Of a stretch of DNA of 64,000 bases, positions 33,901 through 42,749 are shown piece after piece. The stretch comes from Gemmatimonas sp. (lineage in GTDB: Bacteria > Gemmatimonadota > Gemmatimonadetes > Gemmatimonadales > Gemmatimonadaceae): NCBI GenBank assembly GCA_965279375.1, contig OZ257156.1, positions 3,264,001 through 3,328,000 on the forward strand. Direction: 5' to 3'. The stretch's first letter is position 1. Every line of letters starts with the position of its first letter. The notes under the pieces are model-generated. The model saw nothing but the letters and a program-made list of their open reading frames with translations, did not search any database and was not told where the DNA came from. A program made the position numbers and the translations under genes.

Positions 33901-35393
33901 ACGTCGCGCTCTTCGTCTCTGTCTGTCTGATTGCCGCGTGCGGGCTCATCTACGAGCTCGTCGCGGGAGCGCTGGCGTCGTACCTGCTGGGCGACAGCGT
34001 CACCCAGTTCTCGACCGTCATTGGCACCTATCTCTTCGCAATGGGCATCGGGAGCTGGCTCTCCCGCTTCATCGTTCGCGGGCTCGTCACGCGCTTCGTC
34101 ATCATTGAACTGCTGGTCGGGATCGTCGGTGGGTTCTCCTCGCTGATCCTGTTTCTGGCCTTTGCGTATACCGATGCCTTTCGCCCGGTCCTGTATGGTC
34201 TGGTCGTCCTGATCGGCATTTTTGTCGGACTCGAAGTCCCGTTGCTGATGCGCATTTTGCGCGATCGCTTCGACTTCAAGGATGTCGTGTCGAATGTGCT
34301 CACCTTCGACTACATCGGTGCGCTCTTCGCATCACTGCTTTTTCCTTTGCTGCTCGTGCCGCGACTGGGGTTGGTGCGTTCGGCGATTCTCTTTGGATTC
34401 ATCAACGTGCTTGTCGGGCTCTGGAGCACGTGGCTCTTTCGTGATGTGCTCGCACGGCCGCGCTGGCTGCAGGCGGGCGGCACGCTGGCGTTGATGCTGC
34501 TTGGTGTGGGACTCTGGAAAGGGCAGGCGATCACCTCGCTCGCGGAAGAGGGGATGTACGCCGATCCCATCATCCTCGCACGCGACACGCGCTATCAGCG
34601 GATCATCCTTACGAACTGGAAGGATGATCTGCGGCTCTATCTCAACGGCCACCTCCAGTTCGCCTCGCGCGATGAGTACCGGTATCACGAAGCGCTCGTG
34701 CATCCGGGGCTGTCGGCCGTGCGCACGCGTGCGCGCGTGCTGGTTTTGGGCGGAGGCGATGGGTTGGCCGTCCGTGAGATCCTGCGATATCCCGACGTGC
34801 AGCAGATCACGCTCGTCGATCTCGATGAGGGCATGACAGCGCTTTTCCGCACGCACGAGCGATTGACCGCGCTCAACAAGCATTCGCTGCTGGATCCCCG
34901 TGTGCGCGTCATCAATGCCGATGCCTTCACCTGGCTCGATCAGACGGCACAGCAGTTCGACTTCGTCGTCATCGATTTCCCCGATCCGTCCAACTACCAC
35001 GTCGGCAAGCTGTACACGAGCGCGTTCTACCGGCTTGTGCAGCGACACATCGCGCCCGATGGGCTGCTGGTCGTGCAAAGCACCTCGCCGATGTTCGCGC
35101 GCCAGTCGTTTTGGAGCATCGTCGCAACACTCCAGGGCGCCGGTCTGCGCACGTGGCCGTATCACGTGTATGTGCCAAGCTTTGGCGAGTGGGGCTTCGT
35201 CATTGCGGGGAACAGCAGCTTTGCCATGCCGTCCACGCTGCCGAACGACCTTCGCTACCTCACCGTCGCCGGCGTGCCGTCGCTCTTCGATTTTCCGACG
35301 GACATGGCCGCGGTTCCGGCGGAGCCCAATCGGCTCAACGATCAGGTTCTCGTGCGCTACTATGAGCACGAGTTCGACGCGATCAATCGGTGA
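33897..35393 (+). CDS. speE: Membrane-anchored polyamine aminopropyltransferase (spermidine synthase family with about 7 N-terminal TM helices)
   Basis: 'CGLIYEL...LLGDSVTQFS', 'YQRI', 'LNGHLQF..DEYRYHEALVHP', 'VLGGGDGLA', 'DFPDP', 'VPSFGEWGF'; TTG start overlapping the DUF350 stop. Confidence 0.9.
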   Translation: MNVALFVSVCLIAACGLIYELVAGALASYLLGDSVTQFSTVIGTYLFAMGIGSWLSRFIVRGLVTRFVIIELLVGIVGGFSSLILFLAFAYTDAFRPVLYGLVVLIGIFVGLEVPLLMRILRDRFDFKDVVSNVLTFDYIGALFASLLFPLLLVPRLGLVRSAILFGFINVLVGLWSTWLFRDVLARPRWLQAGGTLALMLLGVGLWKGQAITSLAEEGMYADPIILARDTRYQRIILTNWKDDLRLYLNGHLQFASRDEYRYHEALVHPGLSAVRTRARVLVLGGGDGLAVREILRYPDVQQITLVDLDEGMTALFRTHERLTALNKHSLLDPRVRVINADAFTWLDQTAQQFDFVVIDFPDPSNYHVGKLYTSAFYRLVQRHIAPDGLLVVQSTSPMFARQSFWSIVATLQGAGLRTWPYHVYVPSFGEWGFVIAGNSSFAMPSTLPNDLRYLTVAGVPSLFDFPTDMAAVPAEPNRLNDQVLVRYYEHEFDAINR

Positions 35394-35473
35394 GATCGCC
35401 TCGTGCGCCGATGCGCGCGGTGCGCTCCGCGAGCGTGCGCGCCATCAACTTGTCATGGTGAGGACGACCACCG

Positions 35474-37051
35474 GTGGGTAGCCGCTGGTCGCGTCGCGAT
35501 TTTCTCCAGGCGCTCCCGGCGATCGTTTCGGCGCCCGCGCTGATCGGACTGTCGCGCAAGTCCGGGAGCGATATCGCCGGCGGATTCGTCAGCGATGACA
35601 GCGGGGCAGGGCACGCGCTGCGCGACGGCGTGACGCCTACCAAGGCGAAGGAACGGAATCGTTGCGCGGTCGCTATCATCGGCGGCGGCATTGGTGGGCT
35701 CAGCGCCGCGTGGCAGCTCGATCGCATGGGCATGACCGATTGGTCGCTGCTCGAGCTCGGGGATTCGACGGGCGGCAATGCACGGTCAGGGTCGAATCAG
35801 GTCAGTCGATTTCCGTGGGGGGCGCATTACGTGCCGGTTCCTGCCAAGGATGCCGAGCATGTGCGCGCGCTCTTTCGCGAACTCGGCGTGCTCGGAGCCG
35901 ATGGAAGCTGGGATGAGCGCATGCTCTGTCATTCTCCACAAGAGCGGCTCTTTCAGCACGGGCGTTGGCATGAGGGGCTCGAACCACTCGACGCGCTCAC
36001 TGCGACGGAACGTGCGCAGTTCGCGACGTTCGAGTCGCGCATCGAGGAGTGGCGGGCGACTGGCGCCTTCGCCGTGCCGTCGGCGCCCGGTCACGTGCGT
36101 GGCGAACGTGGTCCACGCGCGGCCGCTCTGCACGCGCTGGACTCGCAGACGGCGGACGCGTGGATGCGCGCGAACGGTTTCACCTCCAAGGCATTGCGCT
36201 GGTGGGTGGAGTACGGCACGCGCGATGACTACGGTGCATCGCTCACGCAGGCGAGCGCTTGGGCGGCGGTGCATTACTTCGCGGCGCGCGAGAGCGACGG
36301 CGAAGGTCCGCTGACGTGGCCCGAAGGAAACGACTGGATTGCGCGCCGCCTTGCGCAGCGGCTCGAGAACACCGCGCCGGGTCGTATCCGTACGAAGGCG
36401 CCAGCCTACGCGATCGAGCGGCTGAACAAGCGGTGGCTGGTGCGCACACCAGCCCTGGATGTGGAGTGCGACGCGGTCATCTGGGCGGCACCATTGTTCG
36501 TGCTGCCGCGCGTGATGCCGTCGGTTGTAGTCCCCGTGAGCGTCGAGTACGCACCATGGGTGGTGGCTAACCTGACGTTGCATCAGGCACCGGGAGAGCG
36601 CGGTGCGCCACTCGCCTGGGACAACGTGCTCTACGACAGTCCATCGCTCGGCTACGTCAACGCATCGCACCAGTCACTCGCGACGCCAACGGGGCGAATG
36701 GTCTGGACGTGGTATCACGCGGTGGTCGATCGCGAGGCGCGAGAGGGCCGCCGATGGATGCAGGCACGGCCGTGGAGCGAATGGCGCGATCAGATCGTCG
36801 CCGACCTGTCGCGCGCACATCCTGACATCGCCAACTGCGTCTCGCGCATCGACGTCATGCGTTGGGGGCATGCGATGGCGCGACCGACGCCCGGTGTCCT
36901 GTCCCGCGTGCGCACGCTCACGTCATGGTCGCCAGCGGACCGCATTTACTGCGCGCATGCAGACCTAAGCGGACTGAGCCTCTTCGAAGAGGCGCAGTGG
37001 CATGGTGTGCACGCGGCTGAGCGTGCGCGTCGAGCAGTGCACGCCGGTTGA
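35474..37051 (+). CDS. FAD-dependent oxidoreductase (amine oxidase-like) with twin-arginine-like leader
   Basis: 'SRRDFL' leader, Rossmann 'IIGGGIGGLSAAW', 'GGNARSG...WGAHY', 'RWGHAM', 'DLSGLSLFEEA'. Confidence 0.85.
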   Translation: MGSRWSRRDFLQALPAIVSAPALIGLSRKSGSDIAGGFVSDDSGAGHALRDGVTPTKAKERNRCAVAIIGGGIGGLSAAWQLDRMGMTDWSLLELGDSTGGNARSGSNQVSRFPWGAHYVPVPAKDAEHVRALFRELGVLGADGSWDERMLCHSPQERLFQHGRWHEGLEPLDALTATERAQFATFESRIEEWRATGAFAVPSAPGHVRGERGPRAAALHALDSQTADAWMRANGFTSKALRWWVEYGTRDDYGASLTQASAWAAVHYFAARESDGEGPLTWPEGNDWIARRLAQRLENTAPGRIRTKAPAYAIERLNKRWLVRTPALDVECDAVIWAAPLFVLPRVMPSVVVPVSVEYAPWVVANLTLHQAPGERGAPLAWDNVLYDSPSLGYVNASHQSLATPTGRMVWTWYHAVVDREAREGRRWMQARPWSEWRDQIVADLSRAHPDIANCVSRIDVMRWGHAMARPTPGVLSRVRTLTSWSPADRIYCAHADLSGLSLFEEAQWHGVHAAERARRAVHAG

Positions 37052-37122
37052 GTGTTACAACAATCGCTCATTTCTTTTTTTTTGCGTGCGAGCTGAGCCG
37101 TTACGCAGCTGGCATTAGAATC

Positions 37123-37151
37123 TTGACGAATTGCTGCGCACATCCCACGTT
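37123..37151 (+). promoter_or_regulatory. Putative sigma70-type promoter for the second susC operon
   Basis: TTGACG-17 nt-CACGTT downstream of an AT-rich tract with a T9 run (37075-37083). Confidence 0.35.
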
Positions 37152-37369
37152 GGCATTGAGTACCGGCTGCGGCTGCTTGAGCGCGGCAATGACCGTGAAC
37201 TGATCGCGATGTGCTGCTGGCGAGCGCGTGCTTTCGCTGCTCGATGCGTTGATAGTCATCAAGAGACGGCCTGACTTCAGGTTGATGCGTTGTCGCTGCT
37301 CGATGAGTGAGAGCGGCGTCCTTCCGTAGGATTGCCCTGCGGTGCAGTACACTCATACCCATCCGGTAC

Positions 37370-40300
37370 ATGCACAAGAAGCCTCTTCGTCGGTTCGCTG
37401 CCGCCGTGCTTCTGGCGACCGCGATCACATCGCTCTCTCCCGTCATCGCCACGGTGGAAGCGCAAAGTGCACAGCGCGTCGTCACGGGAAAGGTCACGTC
37501 TGCTGTCGGCGGACGTGCGCTGCAGGGCGTGACCGTGATCGTGCGTGGTACGCAGCTGGGGACGATCACCAACGCGGCCGGTGAGTATCGACTCCTGCTT
37601 CCCGAGCAAGCGGGCACGGAGATCTTCACGTTTCGACTGCTGGGCTTCAAGGCAATCGACGAGCCGATCCGTGGTCGGACGACGATCAACATGGCGCTCG
37701 AAGAGTCGACGAACACACTCTCCGATGTCGTGGTCACGGCGAATGCGATCGTGCGCGAGACGAAAGAACTCGGCTACGCCATCGCTCAGGTCGAGCCGGA
37801 GAAGCTCACCGTGGCGCGCAGCTCCAACGTGCTCAACGGCCTCGCGGCGAAAGTCTCCGGCGTGCGTATCACGCAGCAGTCAGGCACCGTCGGCGGTTCG
37901 AGCAAGATCGTGATTCGCGGCGTGAACTCCATCGCCTCCGCATCCGAGCCACTCTTCGTGGTCGATGGTGTGCCCATCTCCAACTCGGCCTTCGCCGGGA
38001 CCGAGACGGAGATCGTGACCGGTGGTGTCGATGTGGGCAATCGCGCGCAGGACATCAATCCGGACGACATTGAATCGATGTCGGTGCTCAAGGGCGCCGC
38101 GGCGTCGGCGCTGTATGGGTCTCGCGCGCGAAACGGCGTGATCGTCGTGACGACCAAGCGCGGCTTCCAGGGGCAACCGCGATTCACCTACAACGGAAGC
38201 ACGCGCTCTGACGCGATCTTTCGCGCCCCGAAGTTTCAGAATTCGTACGCGCAGGGATCCCTCGGCGTGTACAACAAGGACCTGTCCAATGGTTGGGGGC
38301 CGCTCATCACCGGCCAACGCGTCGCCAATTTTTACGGCGACAGTGTGAACCTGGCGGCGGACCCGAGCAACTACTCGGACTACTTCCAGACCGGCCTGAC
38401 CAACGTGCATTCCATGGCGGTGTCGGGCGGCAGCGAGACCAGCGACTATCGGCTTGGCGGCACGTTTCTGGGACAGTCGGGCATCGTGCCTAACTCCGAA
38501 CTGCAACGCTACACCTTGGCGTTGAACGCCGGGCAGCGTTTCAAGGAGAAGTTCACGGCCAGAGTCGCGGCCAACTACGTGCGCTCCAATTCGTCCGGTC
38601 GAGCGTCGCAGGGGCAGAATGGGCAGAGCATTCCGACGTCGATCTGGACCTTTGCCTCCCGCACGCTCTCCACGGAGTTTCTGCGCAAGAATCGCGTCGG
38701 TCCGGATGGACGCGCCGGCTCGATCGATGGTACTGGCACCTCCAACAATCCGTACTGGGTGTCCGACAACAATGGGCTGAGCAACTCCACCGATCGGCTC
38801 TTCGGCAACACCTATCTCTCTTACGATGCCAAGCCGTGGTTCAACATCGCGTTCCGTGCGGGTACGGATATCGCGGTCGAAGGGCGTCGGTTCGTCACGC
38901 GCAAGGGAACCCGTGGTCGTCTCGACGGAGAGTTCGACACGCAGGACCTCAACGAGCGTGAGCTGAACACGGACCTTATCGGCACTTTCACGCGTCAGCT
39001 CGCGACGTCGCTGACCATGAAGGCCGTGGTTGGACACAACTTCAACAAGCGCACGTTCAAGCGGCAGCGCGTGTTCAGCCAAGGGCTCAACATCGACCAG
39101 CTGTACACGCAGGCGAACGCGAACGTGAATGCCGCGACGAACTTCTTTTCGGAACGGCAGTTGTACGGAGCCTACACCGATATCGGTTTCGGCTGGCGCG
39201 ACTATCTGTTTGTAAACGTCACCGGACGCAACGATTGGTCGTCCACGCTCCCGGTCGACAACAATAGCTACTTCTATCCGTCGGTCTCCACCGGATTCGT
39301 CGTCTCCGACGCGTTCCGCGAGTCGAGAATCTTCAAGAGCGGACTGGTGAGCTTCGCCAAGGTGCGGGCGAACTATGCGAACGTCGGATCGGATGAGGAG
39401 CCCTATCAGCTGGCCTTCACCTACTCGCCGCTCACGCAGCAGTCTGACATTTACACGTTCAATCAGAACTTCCCGTACAACGGCGCGTCGGCATTCGGAG
39501 CAACGAATGTGATCCCGCCCTCCAACCTGCGTCCGCAGCGCCAGTCGTCGTATGAAGTGGGATCTGAACTTCGGTTCCTGCGCAATCGTGTCGGGCTCGA
39601 CGTGACGTACTACAACGTCCGCAACTACGATCAGATCGTCTCTATCTCCGTGCCCCAGACGACGGGATTCAGCGCGCGCCGTCTCAACGTTGGCGAGATC
39701 TCCAACAAGGGACTCGAGTTGCAGGGGATGTACACGGTCGTGGAGCGTCCCCGAAACGGCTTCAAGTGGGATGTGAACGCCAACTACAGCCGCAACCGCA
39801 ACATCGTGGAGAAGCTGGCGCCGGGCCTCAAGGAATTCTCCGTGACGTCGGGTGATGGCTTTGGCCTGTTCGTGGTGGCGCAGCCGGGCACGACGTTCAA
39901 CCTGCAGGGCGTTGGCTTCCTGCGCGATTCCGTGAGCGGACAGTTCATCATCAATCCGCAGAACGGGCTTCGGATCTCGGGTCCGCGCAAGCTGCTGGGC
40001 AACATCTATCCGGACTGGATCGGTGGCATCAACAACTCCTTCAGCTACAAGAACGCCTCATTCTCGTTCCTCGTCGATGTGCGGCGTGGCGGTGTGATCG
40101 CGTCCAGCACGGTGTCGGCGCTCCGCTCATCCGGGACTGGCGAAGAAACATCCAACAGGACGCCGTTTGTGCAGCCGGGCGTGATTCGTAACGCAGACGG
40201 GAGCACGCGGCCGAATGATGTGCCGGTGTCGAGTGTGCAGGCGTACTGGGGCAATCTCGACAGCTCCGTCAGTCCGGAGAACAACGTGTTCGACGCGTCG

Positions 40301-40543
40301 TATGTGAAGCTTCGCGAGCTGCAGATCAGCTACAAGTTGCCCGGCAGCTGGGCCTCTCGCATGCGCGTACGCGAGGCGACATGGTCGTTGGAAGGGCGCA
40401 ATCTGTGGCTCATCTCGAGCAAGGTGCCCCACATCGATCCTGAGTCGAATGTGCTGGGAACCGGACTCATTGGCGAAGGCATCGAGCGCAACAACATTCC
40501 GTCGACTCGCTCCTTCGGCACCAATCTTCGCTTGACCTTCTGA
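37370..40543 (+). CDS. SusC/RagA family TonB-dependent outer membrane transporter
   Basis: 'LSDVVVTA', 'PLFVVDGVPI', 'DINPDDIESMSVLKGAAASALYGSRARNGVIVVTTKRG', 'GRNDWSSTLP', terminal Phe. Confidence 0.95.
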   Translation: MHKKPLRRFAAAVLLATAITSLSPVIATVEAQSAQRVVTGKVTSAVGGRALQGVTVIVRGTQLGTITNAAGEYRLLLPEQAGTEIFTFRLLGFKAIDEPIRGRTTINMALEESTNTLSDVVVTANAIVRETKELGYAIAQVEPEKLTVARSSNVLNGLAAKVSGVRITQQSGTVGGSSKIVIRGVNSIASASEPLFVVDGVPISNSAFAGTETEIVTGGVDVGNRAQDINPDDIESMSVLKGAAASALYGSRARNGVIVVTTKRGFQGQPRFTYNGSTRSDAIFRAPKFQNSYAQGSLGVYNKDLSNGWGPLITGQRVANFYGDSVNLAADPSNYSDYFQTGLTNVHSMAVSGGSETSDYRLGGTFLGQSGIVPNSELQRYTLALNAGQRFKEKFTARVAANYVRSNSSGRASQGQNGQSIPTSIWTFASRTLSTEFLRKNRVGPDGRAGSIDGTGTSNNPYWVSDNNGLSNSTDRLFGNTYLSYDAKPWFNIAFRAGTDIAVEGRRFVTRKGTRGRLDGEFDTQDLNERELNTDLIGTFTRQLATSLTMKAVVGHNFNKRTFKRQRVFSQGLNIDQLYTQANANVNAATNFFSERQLYGAYTDIGFGWRDYLFVNVTGRNDWSSTLPVDNNSYFYPSVSTGFVVSDAFRESRIFKSGLVSFAKVRANYANVGSDEEPYQLAFTYSPLTQQSDIYTFNQNFPYNGASAFGATNVIPPSNLRPQRQSSYEVGSELRFLRNRVGLDVTYYNVRNYDQIVSISVPQTTGFSARRLNVGEISNKGLELQGMYTVVERPRNGFKWDVNANYSRNRNIVEKLAPGLKEFSVTSGDGFGLFVVAQPGTTFNLQGVGFLRDSVSGQFIINPQNGLRISGPRKLLGNIYPDWIGGINNSFSYKNASFSFLVDVRRGGVIASSTVSALRSSGTGEETSNRTPFVQPGVIRNADGSTRPNDVPVSSVQAYWGNLDSSVSPENNVFDASYVKLRELQISYKLPGSWASRMRVREATWSLEGRNLWLISSKVPHIDPESNVLGTGLIGEGIERNNIPSTRSFGTNLRLTF

Positions 40544-40581
40544 TCTGCCTTCATCGAACCTCCTGCCTGCGAGCTCACGAC

Positions 40582-42051
40582 ATGACGACAATCAGAACGC
40601 ACATCGCCAAAACGCGCATTGCGCGACCTCTCCGCCGCCTGGCCCAGTGCGCGACGGTGGCGCTGTTGGCCATTCCCGGGGTGTCCTGCTTTTCCGACGG
40701 TAGCCTCAACGTCGATCCCAACCGCTCGACGACCGCCGATCCTGCGCTGCTGTTCACCGGCGCCGAAGTGAAGTTCTCGCTCCTGCGCGTCGGTGAGCTC
40801 ACGTGGCCTATCGCGCTGATGAGTCAGATGTGGGCGTCGGGTGGCCGCTGGGGATTGGAGCAGGCGCGCTACGACCAGACCCGCGTGCGCAGTGCGTGGG
40901 GCAGCATCTATACCGACGTACTGAAGAACCTTGTGCTGGCCACGCGTGACGCCGAAGCGAAGACGCCGAGGCCGAACAACGCGATCGCGCAGCTGAAGAT
41001 CTACACGGCCTTCGTGTACTCGCAGACGAGCTATCTCTGGGGCGACATCCCGTTCACCGAGGCGGCTGGCGGTACGGTTGACTTCCCCAAGTTCGACTCG
41101 CAGGAGTCGGTGCTGAACGGCTGCATCAAGTTGCTCGATGAAGCGATCGCCTCCATCGACGCGAATTCGCAGCGCATTGGTGCACCGAACGATCTGTACT
41201 ACGGCGGCGACATGACGAAATGGCGTCGGTTCGCCAACTCGCTCAAGTTCCGCATTCTGATGACCATGGTGGATGCGGATCCGTCGAAGAGTGCGGCCAT
41301 CGGCGTAATGACTGCCGTGCCCATGATCGCCAGCACGGCCGACGAGATGAAGTTTCCGTACTTCGATTCACCGGGCCGGCAGAATCCTCGCTTTTCATTC
41401 ACGGCAATCTTTCGCGGTGGCGTGCAGTCGGACTGGTACGCGTCCAACGTGATGTTTCAGGAGATGGTGCCGTTCAACGATCCGCGGCTCCCTGTGTTTT
41501 TCCAGCCGGGGCCAGGTGCGCCATCGGGAGTCTACCTCTCGCTAGATCCGGTGCAGACCTACGACCCGGTGCGTTCCTCGCTCGTGAATCTCAACTTGCT
41601 CAAGGCCAATCTCCCCGAGGTCTCGTTCTCGTACTCGGAGCAACTGCTGCTCGAAGCGGAAGCGATGGGGCGTGGCTTCTGGGCGGGCGGTCTTGCGGGA
41701 TCTGAGACGCGCTTTCGGCAGGGCGTTCGCGAGTCGATGCTGGCAGCCGGTGTGGCTGGCAGCGAAGCCGATCGCTACATCACGTCGCTGCCAGCCTTCA
41801 GCGCAGCGAACTTCCGCCGTGAACTGAACCGCCAGCAGTGGCTCGACCTGTTCATGCGTCCTGCAGATGCGTGGGTGCAGTGGCGTCGCAGCGGTGCGAG
41901 CGGACAGGAATACCCGGCGATGACCGTTCCCGCCGGTGCGCTGTCGACCAATCTGATGCGCCGCTTGCTGTATCGGAGCGAGGAGATCAACTCAAACCCC
42001 AATACGCCCACTGGCATCACGGTCGACAAGCCGCTCTGGTTCGACAAATGA
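40582..42051 (+). CDS. SusD/RagB family nutrient-binding lipoprotein
   Basis: Lipobox 'GVSC', 'NVDPN', 'WGDIPFTEA', 'YYGGDMTKWRRFANSLK', 'DPRL', 'AWVQWRRSG'. Confidence 0.92.
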   Translation: MTTIRTHIAKTRIARPLRRLAQCATVALLAIPGVSCFSDGSLNVDPNRSTTADPALLFTGAEVKFSLLRVGELTWPIALMSQMWASGGRWGLEQARYDQTRVRSAWGSIYTDVLKNLVLATRDAEAKTPRPNNAIAQLKIYTAFVYSQTSYLWGDIPFTEAAGGTVDFPKFDSQESVLNGCIKLLDEAIASIDANSQRIGAPNDLYYGGDMTKWRRFANSLKFRILMTMVDADPSKSAAIGVMTAVPMIASTADEMKFPYFDSPGRQNPRFSFTAIFRGGVQSDWYASNVMFQEMVPFNDPRLPVFFQPGPGAPSGVYLSLDPVQTYDPVRSSLVNLNLLKANLPEVSFSYSEQLLLEAEAMGRGFWAGGLAGSETRFRQGVRESMLAAGVAGSEADRYITSLPAFSAANFRRELNRQQWLDLFMRPADAWVQWRRSGASGQEYPAMTVPAGALSTNLMRRLLYRSEEINSNPNTPTGITVDKPLWFDK

Positions 42052-42722
42052 CCATGCCACAGTCGATGGTGGGTCGGACTGGCGCTGCTCGCGTGCGACG
42101 CGTCGCCGGCCTACGTCTCGCGTACCTGGCCGCCGCGTTCACCGGCGTACTCGCGAGCGCAGCCGTCTCCGAGGTCGCCGCGGCGCAGGCGACGGGCAAG
42201 GCAACGCATGTTCGCATCGATACGGATCAGGGGGAGATCCTGGTGGACGTCTATCAGGACAAGGCACCGATCACCGCCGCCAACTTCCTCCGATACGTCA
42301 CCGAACAGCGCTACGACGGTGGCGCCTTCTATCGCGTCGTCACCATGCGCAATCAGCCGACGAGTCCGGTCAAGATCGAAGTCATTCAGGGCGGACTCGA
42401 CGCCGACTCAACAAAGCGTCTGCCAGCAATCGCGCATGAAACCAACGACAAGACGGGGATCAAGCATCTCGACGGAACGATCAGCATGGCACGCGGTGCA
42501 CCTGGTACAGCGTCCAGTGAGTTCTTCATCTGCATCAACGATCAGCCGGAACTCGATTTCGGCGGCAAGCGCAATCCCGACGGTCAGGGATTTGCCGCGT
42601 TCGGACGTGTGACGAAGGGCATGGACATCGTGCGGCGTATCCAACAAGCACCCGCGGATTCGGCGCCGCCGCAACGACTCCGCACACTTTCACGCATTCG
42701 GAGCGTTCGGGTCGTCAAGTAA
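42048..42722 (+). CDS. Secreted cyclophilin-type peptidyl-prolyl cis-trans isomerase
   Basis: 'KAPITAANFLRYV', 'FYRVV', 'IQGG', 'GTISMARG', 'SEFFI', 'FAAFGRV'; ATGA overlap with susD. Confidence 0.9.
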   Translation: MTMPQSMVGRTGAARVRRVAGLRLAYLAAAFTGVLASAAVSEVAAAQATGKATHVRIDTDQGEILVDVYQDKAPITAANFLRYVTEQRYDGGAFYRVVTMRNQPTSPVKIEVIQGGLDADSTKRLPAIAHETNDKTGIKHLDGTISMARGAPGTASSEFFICINDQPELDFGGKRNPDGQGFAAFGRVTKGMDIVRRIQQAPADSAPPQRLRTLSRIRSVRVVK

Positions 42723-42749
42723 CGACGGCTCGCGTGGCGCGTGCCCGGT

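Noticed and set aside
37250..37330. SAM-I or cobalamin riboswitch suggested by 'ATCAAGAG' upstream of a TonB-dependent receptor
   Set aside because: The remaining conserved elements (SAM-I P2 kink-turn/GCAACC, B12 box) are absent.
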